From the human T2T-CHM13v2.0 reference genome, Homo sapiens, in the NCBI RefSeq assembly GCF_009914755.1, contig NC_060936.1: 64,000 bases of DNA; one strand, given 5' to 3'. The position numbers were made by a program, and so were the translations under genes. Below the pieces are notes generated by a model, which saw nothing but the letters and a program-made list of their open reading frames with translations, was not told the DNA's origin and ran no database searches. Position 1 is the first letter of the stretch. Each line of letters begins with the position of its first letter. Positions 44,131 through 59,468 of the stretch are shown here, piece by piece.

Positions 44131-45370
44131 CAGGAAAAGGAAACAAAATTTTATAGAATTTGTTCTTCCACTGTGTTCAGTCTTTTGAGGCAATATCTCA
44201 TAAACCAGTGAATTGGAAGGATCATTCATTCCCATTGTACACCTGGTAAAACCAGTAAGATTCGGTCACATGCATTGGTCTGTACAGCAACTGAGTATCC
44301 AAACTGAGGTTTGTTGTTCCAAAGCTGATCCTGCTTTGTTTAAACCAGGCCACCTATATCTCAATTAAAAACTTATAAGAAAGTGTATTTTTCATTCCGA
44401 TTTTATATGGTTATTTGGAGCTTTTCCTTTTTCAAGAGTTTTGCCTGTGTAATTTTTATCTGTGTTTAGCACAGTACATAGCATCTGCTAGAGTGGCTTG
44501 CACATAGTTAGTGCTTAATAAATGTTTATTTAATATATAAATCAATCCATTTTTAATATTACAAAGGATGCTGCATCTCTTTCCTTACTTTCTAGGAAGC
44601 CTGGCCCAAGGGCCCCTGCAAACTTGTTTGTGCCTGATAAATTACAAACTTGTTTGTACCTGATAAATTACAGATTAACTAACACTCTTTGGATCCCTTA
44701 CTATGTGCTAGGCACAGTGTGAGTGCTTCATTCATTCATTTCTTTCCCTCCCTCCTTTCTGTCCTTTCCTCCACTTCTATTGATCTGCTATTCTGGGCCA
44801 AGGGCTGTCCTAAATACAACGAATAGTGGGTGAATAAAGTACAATCAGCACTTAAGGAGCTTATATTATTTCTTCTAATCCTCATAATAACCTCATGGGG
44901 TAGTTTTTTTTTTTAATAGGAAGGAAATTGAGGCCCATGAGGTTAAGTAATTTGCCCAGGGTTGCAGAGCTTACTTAGTCAATTGTAAGGGGAGGATTAG
45001 AATTAGTGTCTTTCTGGCGTCCAAGGCCAAGTTCTTTTAATTGTATTGGGAGATCCAAGAATCAAACAGGAAAGGTGATTTCAGGTACAGACTAAGGTGG
45101 GATGCCTTAGAGGTGGGCCTGATACATTCGCTAAGACATACAATGCTTAAATCATGTAGGCACCTGATGTGCCTTATTAACTCAATTCTTACATAAACCC
45201 TGTGAGCTGTTACTGATACTACTCCGTTTTACAGATGAAGAACCGAAGGCTCAAGGAGGTTGAGTCCCTTGCCTTAAGGTCACAGAGCAAAGAAGTCAGA
45301 ATTGAATCTAGCAGTTTGGCTCGCCAGTCCATGGTCTTAACTATTATACTGACATTAAAAACAATAACAT

Positions 45371-45525
45371 GGCCAGGTGTGGTGGCTGAAACCTATAATC
45401 CCAGTGCTTTGGAAGGCTGAGGTGAGAGAATCACTTGAACCCTGGAATTTGAGGCTGTGGTGAGCTATGATGGTGCCACTGCATCCCAGCCTAGGCAACA
45501 GAGCAAGATCCCATCTCTAAAAAAA
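45371..45525 (+). mobile_element. Alu monomer (FLAM-like)
   Basis: Single-arm Alu with A tail. Confidence 0.8.
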
Positions 45526-47129
45526 GGTGGTTGGGATGGGGGTGCAAAAATAAAAAAGAAAAAGAGGAAAAAGGGTGCCTCTGTCAAAAACAAACTATTG
45601 GGATTACGGTTTTTCTGTGTGGCTAGAACTTGCTCTGGTCCAGGTAGTATTCTATGTGCTTTCTGTGCATTTGTTCACCTAAATCTCACACTATTAAGAT
45701 GAGGTAGACAGATTATTATTATCCGTATTATGCATAAGGAGACACTGAGGTTTGAAGAAGTTAATTTGCCTTGATTCATTGCGCTAGTAAGTATTAAGCC
45801 TAGAATTCAGAAAATTCATTGGTAATTAGTCACTAATCCCACCTGGTAACTTTTCCTTCTTCTAAGTGACTCTCAGGAAATGATTCAAAACAAAGAAAAA
45901 ATGATATGCACCAAGTCGTTTATTGAAACATTATGGAAAATGGAAACACTTGCTCAATGGAACGTTTGGCATCTTTCAAACAATGATGAATATGAAGACT
46001 GTAGTGACCTAGGAAAAATCTGCATAATAATAGAACATTAAGAGAAAAACGAATGGAAATGCTATGTTTGCTAGAGTTACAGTTCTCTTACGTGCACTTA
46101 TAGATATGAGACTTGCGACCAACACACACAAAAAAAGAAAAGAAAGGTAGTTACCGGGTTAGAGTGGTGGGATTGTGGGAAAATATGTTTCTCTTTTCAA
46201 TATTTTAAAATGTAATTTCTGCAGTAGACTTACAGGAAAGAAAAAAGCATTTTGCCTAGGAGAAGGGTGTTTTGGTGGCTTACCTCAAAAGTTCAGGCTG
46301 GGTTAAAATCTATTTGGCTTCTGTAGCCAGGAGTGCCTGGCTCCTGAGCTTTTGGGGGAATTCACATCCCCAAACAGAGCAGGAGAGGTAAAAATAAAAT
46401 AAAAACCCAAAAGTAGAAAAGGCAATGATGTCAAGGATGGAATAATATCAGATGCCGTGCAGAGCGAGTAGCCTTGGCCTCAATGATTCTTTTCCTAATT
46501 TTATGTTTTAATAATATTGTTATAGTAGAAATAGAAACAAAGAAAAAAGTCTGCTAACATTAAGTAGTAGTAGGTACACCCTTCCCCAGAAGTTGAGGGA
46601 AAATGAAATTTTTACAACCTGGTTATGCAATAATGTACATTAATGCTAGTGTTCCCAGGGATATTTTCAGAGCCGAGATCTGCTTTTACATTGAATTTAT
46701 CTTCAACAGGAGATGGCACTGAACACCTTAGGTTGAATTTTCTCTAGTTTCTGAAGACTCTTGGTGAGTTCATGATCTCTGAACAAACGGCATTTGTGCA
46801 TCGTTGGGAGTTTCCTCGTTCTTTTTTTTTTCCTCCTCGTTGTTTTTTTTTTTTTCTTGTACATTGCAGGCAATGACCCTTAGTTAATTTCCTTGCCCAC
46901 TTTAGAGTTTTACATATTGAGTTTCCCTAAAGTGGGAAAGGGCAGCCACATTATTGAGCACCTATTGTACAATTGGTGTTATGTTAGACACAGCTTAGAA
47001 TTCACAATGAGACTTTAATGTATATATAATTACGAGTATATAACCACAGGTGAGTAGTTAGGTTCGAGTCAGATTCAAATCCCTGCTCAGCAGCTTAACA
47101 ACTGTGTGATCTTGGGCAAGTCATCGCTG

Positions 47130-47130
<1 letters not shown>

Positions 47131-47169
<39 letters not shown>
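47131..47169. repeat. (GAT)13 microsatellite
   Basis: Perfect trinucleotide run. Confidence 0.95.
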
Positions 47170-47172
<3 letters not shown>

Positions 47173-48797
47173 GGTGATGGTGCTTGTGTTGGGAAGCCAT
47201 ATTCCAGGAGAATGATATTAGCGTCATCTCAGGCTCACCTGTGTCCTATTGTGATTGAGACTCCAGCTGATGAGGAGGAGACATAGAGCCAGTGATCACA
47301 TGGATTGGCTGGGGAGTGAACACAGTTAACTGGAAAGAGTTCTTATCTTTTCTCCACTACATTCTTTTTTTTTAAACAAATTACTTCATCCATCCAGTTC
47401 AGGTCTCTAAGACATAATGAGCCTCTAGCGGCCTCCTACAGAGGGGGACAAGTAAGTCTCGGTTTGCCTGGCTCAATCCTGGTTTATGCATGTGATCCTG
47501 GCAAAATTATTAATAATATTGCTTTTCAATCTCAAAATGTTCAGGTTTGGATGATAAGGGATACGGTCACCCTTACTCCGTGGCCTCCTCTTCCATTCTC
47601 TCCCCTCTAAAATATGTTTAGCAGCACCAGATGGAGCTGCCCACAGAACTGCTTTGCTTATGCCCCACTCTACTCAAAAACTTTATGAGCTTCTCAACCA
47701 CCTACTGAATACAATCTAGACTCCTTAACCCAGCATTGAGTACAGAAGCAAGGCTTATGTATGTGCATCTCCTATAGCATCTCATAAAGTGCTCATCAAG
47801 CAGGATAATATCAGGAAACACGTGTTGATACCTGAATCAATGTGTGTAGTCATGCTCAGGCTGCTTGTCAGTTTCTTGAAAGCATCTTTCTTCTGCCTGC
47901 TTCAAGAACTTCGCACATGCTGTTCCTTCTGCCAGGAACACGCTTCCTCCCTCTCTACCTGGTTCATGCCTTCGCATTCTTTAGCTGCCAGTTTAATGCT
48001 GCTTCCTCCAAGAAGCTTCCTAACTCCCCCAGATTAGACCCAACCCCCCTTTTTTTCTCTCGCGTGGCACTCTTGGTAATTGCATCTCTGTTTGTATGAT
48101 TATTTATAGTTGACCACACTAAACTCTAATCTTCCAAAAAGAACTGTCTATCGAGGCTGTGTCCCTCCTGTGTAGCCAGCCCCTGGTGCATGGTATCCCA
48201 TAAATAGTTGCCAAATGCAGACAGGGATGAATGAATGTGGGTTACCCTTTCTGAGCCAGTGCAGTCCGCATCACCTGTTTAAAGTCCTCCAATAGCTTCT
48301 TAGCGCACTTGGAATAAATGTGAAGTTCCTAGGAGGGTCTGCGAGTCCCTACATACTTTGGATTCTTCCCAACTTTCTACCTCATTTCCTGCTGCTCTCC
48401 CCACCTCCCGCTTCGTCATGCTGGCCTCCTGGCTCCTCCTCACACACCCAAGCCCACCCAGGCCCTTGCACTCCAACATCACCTCCTCAGAGAGGCCTTC
48501 AGTGTCCCCACTGCCCAAAAAGCACCCCCACCTCTCTTGATCTCCCATTCTATGGCTTTATTTTCTTCATAACACTCACTTTCTGCTGTCTTCTTGCTAA
48601 TTTGTCTCTGTCTCCGCCACAGAATATAAGCTCTCTGAGAGCAGAGACCTTGTCTGCCATGTTGATCACTAGCTGCTCAGAGCCTGTCAAACAGTAGGTT
48701 CTAAATCAATATTTGGTAAATGAGGGAAGGAATGAAAGCAGAGGCAGGGCAGGGCCCCTTCCTGGAACCCAGCAGCCCCTGGGGCAGGACCTGTGGC

Positions 48798-48811
48798 GTT
48801 GCCATGGCAAC
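48798..48811. promoter_or_regulatory. Perfect palindromic RFX X-box GTTGCCATGGCAAC at the internal RFX4 promoter
   Basis: Exact 14-bp RFX consensus palindrome ~130 nt upstream of the alternative ATG. Confidence 0.85.
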
Positions 48812-48937
48812 CCACTGACCTGAGCCACCCCCTGGAGAGGCCACAGCTGCTGGCTTCCTGGGCTTCTCCAAACTCCTGTGTGTCGCCACTGCCACCGGCA
48901 GGGAGCCAGGAGAGAGACAGAAAGGGGCTGAGACAGA

Positions 48938-49007
48938 ATGATCAAAAGGAGAGCCCACCCTGGTGCGGGAGGCGACAGGACCAGGCCTCGACGGCGCCGT
49001 TCCACTG
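48938..49007 (+). CDS. RFX4: RFX4 alternative coding exon 1 (testis-type isoform): MIKRRAHPGAGGDRTRPRRRRST + G
   Basis: ATG at 48938 (A at -3), 70 nt to donor CTG|gtaatg (phase 1), in frame with exon 2; matches the recalled alternative RFX4 N-terminus. Confidence 0.92.
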
Positions 49008-51776
49008 GTAATGACCAGGGCCCAGGGACAGGAGACTGGGGTGGGCCTGGCACCCTCAGGGGGAACTGGGGCCAGGCCCGCCTTGGTAGCTGTGAGTGTG
49101 GCATGTCAACTCTTTTATGTAGCGTTTCTGGAGCTGCAATTTCCTAAAATACGCCTCAGCACAGTGCCCTGAGAGACTGTTGATATAGTGTGAATAATGG
49201 CCTCTATTAAATCCCGGTGACACTTTTTAAGTCAGGCAGCGTTTTCTGCAGGTATTGCATAAGTCAGGACCTCCCTGTTCTCATCCAGTGCCTCAGGAAC
49301 AAAACTCAGCGTGTTCACTTCTCCACTGCTTGAACACCACGGCTGGCTCCCAGCTGCCTGCAGGCTTCGCGGCCTGGTGGGCCCGGCGGGCAAGGCCTTT
49401 GCAATCTGCTCCTAACGGACTCTTCCACCTGTCTCCCACCACTGGGAGTCACAGGTCGGCGAACTCTTCACCTTTCCCAGAACCACCAGGCCTTTCACAG
49501 CTTTGTGCCTTTGTCCTGAAGGCAGCCCTCCTGCCTGAAATGCCCTGCTTCCCTCCTTGGTCTGGCAGGTGCTGAATCCTTTAAGGACCAGCTGAAATGC
49601 CACCCCCTCTGTGAAGCAGCCAGGCTTTCCTCTCCATGGAAGCTCTCCTCTCTATGCCCCACAGCATCTTATTATAATACCAAACACTCCTGGTACCTGC
49701 TTGCTTGTAGAGGCAGTGTGGGCAGTGTGGGCATGAGGGCAGTGAGTGCACCCCAGCCTCGGAGTCAGGCAGACCTGACCTAGCTCAGCCATCAACTAGC
49801 TTCTCTGGATCTGAGTTTCATTCTTGCAAATCAAAGTTAGTCAAGTCTCTGCTTCAGTTGCTGCGAGCAACAGAGATGAAGCATGTGGAGCGGGGCAACC
49901 AGCCCTGGAGGTTACTCAATAAATGCCAGACATCACCATTAGGCATCTGTCCCTGTCACTCAGCCGTGAGTTCCTGGTGGATAGAAACCATGCCTTCCTC
50001 ATTTTTCTATGGCCCTTAAAGCCAAACACACTAAGTGCCTTACCTTTATAATTCCAGTTAATCTTTGAAGAAATCAGGTAGGTAGGAATTTAGGACAATT
50101 TAGGAACCATCCCAATGTTACATAACTAGTAAGTGGCCAGGCTGGGATTTGAAATCCAGTCAGATTTGAGCTCCAAACCCCACATTCTCCCAAGCCCGTC
50201 TCTGTCTTCTCTTTCATGTTGCACCACCTCCCCGTCAGTCACTCTGCATCAGCCACCTGAGCCTTCTTGCCATTCCTCAAACAAGTCAAGCATGATCTTT
50301 CCTGGGGTTGGGGGTAACCTTCGCCCTTGTGGTCCCCTCTCTCTGAATCTTGGGAAACCTTGCTCCCTCACTAAACTCAGTGTCTGCTCATAGGCTCTTT
50401 CTTCCCAGAGGCCTTTCTGGTGGAGAATCCCCCCTCCTTGTCTCTCATTCTCTATTCTTTTCTTCCTTTACTTTTCTTCATCACAAGCATCGCTACAGCT
50501 ATGTGCCCAGTACTGTACTAGGCTCTTGGGGACAAGGTACTGAACAAGATAGACAAGGTCATTCGAACTTACATGTTAAGGGTGGGAAAAATAAGTGATT
50601 TAAAGAAATGGAATAAACAAAAAAACCCAAGATACTTTTAGGTCTTGAGACGCTAGTCCACCAGAGATATCCTGTGTAATATATGTGTGTCCTGTTGAAT
50701 AGCTTTTGTTCATCCCCTCTGTTTGAACATCGAAGGCACTTGATAATTATTGGAAAATGAATAAATGGATGCAGGGATAATCTAAGAGGTTGCTGTCAGT
50801 GTGTGCTATAAACTTCAAGGATTACCTGGCTCTTGATAACCGTCTTAATAGGCCCTCCCTGCCAGGTCAATATGGGTTTGTGAGGCACCACTCTGAACCT
50901 TGAACTGCCTTGGACGTGCCATGTCCCTGATGCGGCTACTTCTGGGTTATTCTTTGCTGCTGTAAAGAGAATGAAGCCTTGTAGAAAACATGATAACTAT
51001 ATATGGCTCTGCTCAACCTCATTATATGTACCCGAGAAAATAACTTCACATTGGGGTTTCCAAATCTTCAGTCCAAAGTGCAGAGGCATAAAGATCTTCC
51101 TCTAAGGTATGTGGGCTGAACTCCCTGAAAGTGAAAATCCATAGGCATTATCTGCCTCCTCCTTTCTGCCCATAATCCCAGATGAATCAGGGGAAGGGAT
51201 GCTTCACAGCCCAGGAGCCTCTGCTCACGGCTGTAGGCAAATCCCGTTGGGCACTTAGCACAAGCTTGGTCCTTACTAACAGGTCAGATGATTTTTATAG
51301 ATCAAGAATGAGGCAATTGGGAATAGGAAGTTATCCCAGTATGAACTGAACTCTCTTTCTCCTATGTCCCATGCAGTCCCCAGAACTCAGTACCAGTATT
51401 GCAGCATTGATCACAGTCTGCCTTCCTTTTAGAACTTTTGCTTCAAGCCTAACTTTCCATATCTATAAATAGAGATATGAAAACATAACATGTAATGTTG
51501 TTCTGGTCCCAATTTAGACAACATATGTGAAAATGGCTTCTATGGTACCTGCCACACAATAGGAGCTTAATAAAGTTTTTAGAAAAAGCATGCATTTATT
51601 GTGCGACATCTATGGAGCCAGCCACAGCGCCAGCCACTGGGTGTGAGATGATGGACAAAAATGACAGGGTCCCACTCTCATGAGCTCAGGGAGTAGCACG
51701 TGCCTTACTTTCTACTTGGTAACTAGAGGGCAGAAGCCAGTCTTATTCATGTTTATATCACTACAGCTTCTCTCTC

Positions 51777-52082
<306 letters not shown>

Positions 52083-55000
52083 GCTACAGCTTCTCTTTAG
52101 CACAGCTTCTTGCATCTGGAAGGCACAAAATAAATGTGTGTTGAATTTTGCTTTATTTGGAAAATCGCCTTTGATATGTTATACTTTTCCATGCCTTATG
52201 TGGTTAAAAAAAAAAAAGAAAATGATTAGGAAATTCTATAGATATGTGGATGTATCTACTTATATGCTATGCATTCTTTGACATGTGTGTCACTAATGTA
52301 ACAGTTATTGAGGCCAGACTACAGGAAAAATTTTATAACAGTACTAGTAGAGAGTCAAAAGAAATAGAATAAAACGGGCTCCATTATTAAGTGGTTTAAG
52401 TTCTAAACTGAAGAGGCTGTTGTGTATGACAAAGGCTGACAAAGAATATGGAAATGAATTTAGCAAAATTATGTAAGTAGAGTTTTAGGAAAAGTTCGAA
52501 TACAAAGCAGACTGAGAAAAATGCTGCAGAATTGGCACATTGTTCTGGGGACTAAACAGGACATAGAAAAAGGAGAAAGCTCAGTTCACATTTGGAGAGA
52601 GAACTGTGATTATGACCTGAATTTGAATGCTGGTCTTCCTCTTACTAGCCAGATGACTTTGGACGAGTCACTGAATCTCTCTGAGCCTTAGTGTTCTTAT
52701 CTCTAAAATGGGCCTATTAATAGCACCCACCTCTAGGATTGTGATGAGTATTAAGTATGATGATGTATGTAATGCAGTTGTATGATACCTCACCCATAGT
52801 GAGAGCTCAATATACAGTGAACTTTATTATTATGAAATCACATCATCTACAAATCAATAAGGTGGAAGAACACAGTGTTTCATTCAAAATTCAGTATACA
52901 TGTCATTCTGCTTAAGTAATTCTTGACCTCTGCAAGACCAAAATCCATTGTTAAGAATAATTTTAAAGTATATAACATTGACTTCAGTTGACCTAAATAG
53001 AGGCCTTCCAGTCATAGGAAGCTACCTGGCTTGTGAGACATGAATTGGAGATGCCACTCCTAAGGGCTCCACTAGGGAAGAAGTCAGAGGTCAAAGTGCA
53101 CCTGCAGATCCAAGGCCCGAATCTGGTTTGGATATCTCAGAGTGTTGCATCCACATAGTCTGAAATGCAAGACCCTTGAATGCATGAGAACTCTAACTGT
53201 CCAGAACAACATAGGTGATGGTTCTTTCACTGCTCAGACCATTGTCTGAACCCTCAGAGTCTATCCCAAGTGCCACGTGTTCACATGGACATTGATTAAC
53301 TAGAAGACACCCAGAAGCAGGTGAACTGGATGGCAAAGAAATGGGAACAATTTCTTCCAAGAAAGAGGTGAAACAAATGTGGTTCTTTGATGGGGGTACT
53401 TCAACCAGAAATATGGTGAAATGATGGTTGTCTTCTCATATCTGCAATGTGCCAGTGAGACCAGACTTATTCTGGATTGCCCCAGGGAGCAGAGTTGGCT
53501 ACAGGCATAGACTGTGGGGTCAGAGTGATCTGAGTGGGTGCAATGGGTGAGATGTCTTCTCTTTCATTTTCATGGCACCTCCCACCCTCTCCCACTTCTT
53601 GTAGCCTTGCTTTCATCTCTCTCCAGTGTGGGATTGCACAGTGTGGAGGACAGGTGCTGCCGTGAGGAAAGTTCTTTCTTTACTCAAACTCTTGCGGGTG
53701 GGCACTGTGCTCTCTTGGCTTACCTGGTTAATAGAACCAGCTTCTCTCGGGAATGTTGCCACGAAGTTTTCAGAGAATGTCCCATCAATCACAGGGGGTT
53801 CTCACCTGCAAGAACAGGCCCTTCTAAGGACCTTGATGTTATCAGGCCTGAATCCAGTGCAGGCAAATGGGTGAGAGGGAGAGTGTTTCCCTTAGTTCCT
53901 GATGAAAGGGGGATTGGGGTGTAGATGTGAGTGTGTGTGTGAGAGTGACTGGGTGTGTATACCTATCTAGGAAGACCAGGGGTTGGCCCAGAACTATAGA
54001 TATTGCTTTTGGTGGTAAGGTTTGGTGGAGGCAGGGGCTGCAAACTTTAGCAGATGCCATCTAAATGTAGCTATGGCTGCTGCCAGGGAAAATGTGCCAG
54101 GACTTGAAAGGATGAGAAGAAGTGAGTGGAGTCATTCTGGAGAATCCTGAAAAGAACTCTGGAGATGTGTAACCAGATGTGCGTTTGGATACAGTGTGAT
54201 GACAGACACCTACCTTGTGCATCCCAGCTTTGAAACATTACAAGCTGTCTGTCTCCACATTGTGCATTCGATGTCTGGAAGGTGCAGCGTTTTAATGTTT
54301 TGAATTTCTCTGCTCCTCAGTATTTCCTGGGAAATATCAGATTTCCATATCCTCTCAACAAGCTGGCCCTTGTTCTTCCCCTCAGATATTTTCCCCCTAC
54401 TTATTCACAATTTTGGAAGCAGCTTTTAAAAGAGCAGTTTGTTGGGACATAAAATACAAAACAAAACAAAAATCCGACATTTCTCCCAGCTGTTGGCATT
54501 GATTTCCCCTCTCCGCATAGCTTACTCGTCCGCGTGGCTTCTTTTTATGGTGTGTAACCTAAGGTGTTAACTAATGATCTTTTCCTCGGCTCTTTGAATT
54601 ATGAGGAGTCACATTACTTAATCCCTCTAAATCCCAGTTGCTTTCTAGGAAAAACAGAGATTAAAATCCTTGCTTCAGAGAGTTGTTGTGAGGACTCAAT
54701 GAAATAACTTATGCAGAGGGCCTGGCATGTTCAAATAGGTGTTCAATAAATACCAGCTCCCAGATCATAAAGAAGGCAATGGGAAACCACACTGTCCAAA
54801 AGCCTGCAGCCATAGGTGTCGCCACTTCTGCTATAATACCCCATATGCCTTCCTAAAAATCACCACATTATACAGAATCGGCCAACAAAGACCACTCAGT
54901 TTACTGGAAAAATAAGCTTAGGGGCACAATGCTGAAAAACTTTGTCAATGACACATAATAAAAGATAGAAACCTAATAAAAATGATATCACAGTTTTGCA

Positions 55001-55571
55001 CGTGTTAAATGGTTTAGAAATACACAAATACAATAAAAATGGCACTTCACCTTGGAAAAGACCTGAAGATTGCTTTTAGAGGTGGGTATCAGAAGGGTTG
55101 CAGCCTGTGAGTTATTATGAAGTGAGCAGGTGTGACTCATAACACAACGTGGACCGAAGTAGCTGGTAGGTGTCTGAGGTGTGAACGTGAGTGTGTTCTG
55201 CATATTTCTGTGGTGCTAAGTATAATGGGGGGTGGGGTGGGGGGGGCGTGGAGTTTTCTGCATTCACCTAATTTTTTTATGAAATAAATGGAGCATAAAA
55301 AGACACAAAGTTTGCACTATGCTCAAATTGTTCCCAAATATATCACTTGCATTGGGACGCATTTGTTTTCTCAGGACAAGTGTTATAGCAGAGCTGACTG
55401 TACTTAGCTGATGTTGTTGAATGATGAATGAATGAATGAATGAATGAATGGTGGGTGGTCTAGAAAACAGAATAAGTATTACACTACATTGCAAAAAATA
55501 CATTGGTAGCCTTTGAAATTGGATTAAAAAAAAACAAACCATAGTCTTGGATTTTAAAAGGGCTACATAGT

Positions 55572-55865
<294 letters not shown>

Positions 55866-56457
55866 GAGGGGCTACATAGCTACCATAGTGCTTTTGATTT
55901 CTTCTCCTGCTGTGGCTTCCAGTCTGTGAGAGCTCTTTGAGGGGTCCCTGGCCAAAGGGAGGCAAGCTACAAGGTTCCCTGCCCTCTTTCAACCAGAGTC
56001 CCTAAAGTTTTACCTGCTTTTCTCTTTGTTTTCACTTGAAGAAAAGTTCTGCTGCTAATTCACAAGTTTACAAATCACCACCAGTGGTTCAGTTGGCCAA
56101 GTCTGGTTTTACAAACTGCTACTCAGGAACATACCTTCTTTGCTCAGAAAGATAATCCTCAGTTGGTGCTACAAATACTCCAGAATTCATGGAATCTGAC
56201 CAAGAAGTACTCAAGTGAGGCTTCAAAGAGCCATTTTGCATCCAAACTACTCAGCAGTCTCATCAGCAGCAGCAATGGTGCACATGGAACTCCATGCAAA
56301 ATCCCATTCCAATCTGGGCAGATGCCACATGAATATTGATGAGCATTTAAATCTAATGCATTTATGATGTTCTGTCTCTTCACAAACACCCACAGCAATT
56401 CTGTGATTTTCTTTTTTCTTTTTCTTTTCTTTCTTTCTTTCTTTTTTTTTTTTTTAG

Positions 56458-56544
56458 AGAGCTGGATTGAAAGATGTCTCAACGAAAGTGAAAACAAACG
56501 TTATTCCAGCCACACATCTCTGGGGAATGTTTCTAATGATGAAA
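56458..56544 (+). CDS. RFX4: RFX4 exon 2 (87 nt, phase 1-1): (E)[28 protein letters not shown]
   Basis: Long polypyrimidine tract + tag acceptor at 56457, donor AAA|gtaagt at 56545, open frame matching RFX4. Confidence 0.96.
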
Positions 56545-57774
56545 GTAAGTGCTTGAAACTCATTCTTCCATGACATCCCAGACATGGCCAATGTCCTGAT
56601 GGGAGGGTAGTGCCACTAGATTGCTAGGCTGGGCCAAGTCACCTGGAACAAGACACTCTCTAGCTATTTATGAAATATCCCAGGTCCTCTCTGTAATATT
56701 CCACAATGGGGAGAGGAATCCATTCAGGAAGACCTGGAAACTAAGACCACAGCAAAAACTTGCTGTTTACATACTCATCTTCTGCAGGAGACTTGCTAGC
56801 CTGCATTCCCAAAAACCTTGTTATAGTGACGCTCTAGGCGGGCAAATGTGGACCCTGGTTGGGAAAGGCCATTCTCAGTGTCCACTGTAAATATGGGTTC
56901 AAAGTAGTTGTGTCACAGGATAGTTGTTTTAGCCATAAATGTCCTTGATATCAGAAAGCAGAAATTTCTTCCGGTTCTTGGACTAGAGAGCTAGAGTTAA
57001 CTGAAAGATGTATCATCCTGTGTTTACACCTTGTCCTGTGTTATGTCAGACTGGGGCTTCTGGGTGCTATATTAAGAGCAGTAGGCTACATGGGACTTGT
57101 ATTTTTTCCCTTAAACACTAAAAAAGAGGGATCAGCTTATTATAAGTCTAATTTTTTGCAGAGTCAGAAGTGTCTTTCTTCCATGGTTGGTAAAGTGCAT
57201 CTCCTTCGTTCAGTTTTCTGAAAGCATGAGCCCCGGCCCACCTGCTCCACAATCCCCTAGCATGTTTGCTAGATCTACTCAATAGCCCCCTCCTGAGTCT
57301 TAGCTGGCATTGTCATTCTATCATCACCATGTCACTTCATTTTATAAAATTGAGCTACATTGAACATAAAGTATACAAATCTTGTGTAATTAGTTTGATG
57401 GGGTTTTTTTTTTCTTTACATATTGTATCCACTGGTGTCATTACTACCCAAAAAAGATATAGAACCTTTCTTGTCCCCCAGGAGGCTTCCTCATGTCTCC
57501 TCCCTGTCAATCACTACTGTCCTGACTTATCACTATAGCCCGTTTTTGCCTGCTTTTAAAACTTCATGTAAATGGGATAATGGACTCTGTATTCTTTTGT
57601 GTGTAACTTTTCTCAGTCAGTATAATGTCTGTGAGATTCATTCATCTTGTTGTCTCTAGCAGTAGTTATTTCTTTTTCATTGCTGTATAGTATTTCACTG
57701 TATGAGTATATCACAGTTTACAGATCCTTTTAAGTGTTGATGAATATTTAGTTGTTTCAAGTTTTTGATTATTA

Positions 57775-57948
<174 letters not shown>

Positions 57949-59137
57949 TTATTTAAGTTTGGCAAAATCTACATAACATAAAATTTAGTATTTAATCATC
58001 TGAAATGTACAATTCATTGACATTAAGTACATTCACCTTGTTGTGCAGCCATCTACACCATTCATTTCCAGAGCTTTCTTCATCTTCCTAAACTGAAACT
58101 CTGTACCCATTAAACAGTAACTCCTCATTCTCCTTTTCCCTCAGTCTCTGACAACTACTATTCTACTTTCTGCCTCTGTTAATTTGACTGCTCTAAGTAT
58201 CTTATATAAGTGAAGTCATATGGTGTTTGTCTTTTTATGACTGGCATATTTCACTTAGCATAATGCCTTCAAGGTTAATCCATGTTGTAGCATGTGTCAG
58301 AATTTTCTTCTTTTTGAAGGCCGAATAATATTCCTCTGTATGGATATGTCACATTTTCTTTATCCATTAAGACATTGATGGGCAATTGAGTTGTTTCTGT
58401 CTTTTGGTCACTGTAAATAACGCTGTTTTGAACACAGGCATACAAATATCTTTTCAAGTCTCTGCTCCTAATTCTTTTGGCGGTATATACCCAGAAATGA
58501 AATTGTTGGATCATATGGTAACTCTGTGTTTAATTTTTTGAGAAACCACAAAACTGGTTTTCATAGTGGCTGCGTCATTTTACATTCCCACTAGCAAGGC
58601 ACAAGAGTTCCAATTTTGCCACTTCCTAGTCATCATTTGTTATTTTCTGTTTTTTTTTTAATAATAGCCATTCTAATGAATATAAAATGGTATCCCATTG
58701 TGGTTTTCATTTGCAATTCCCTAATGATTGGTGATGTTGAACATCTTTTCATGTGCTTATTCACCATTTGCATATCTTCTTTGGAGAAATGTCTAAGTCC
58801 TTTGCCCATTTTAAAATCAGGTTGTTTTCTGTTGTTTAGTTGTAGGAGTTCTTCACATATTCTGGATCTTAACCTCTTATCAGTTATGTGACTTACAAAT
58901 ATTTCCTCCTATTCCATGGGTTGCCTTTTCACTCTGTTGATTGTGTTCTTTAATGCACAGAAATTTTTATTTTGATGCATCCAATTTAACTATTTTTTCT
59001 TTTGTTGTCTGTGCCTTTAGTGTCATATCTAAGAAATCATTGTCAGATCCAATGTTGTGAAGCTTTCGCCTTTTTTTTTTCTGAGAGTTTTACAGTTTTA
59101 GACCTTACATTTAGATTCGTGATCTGTTTTGAGCTAA

Positions 59138-59468
<331 letters not shown>

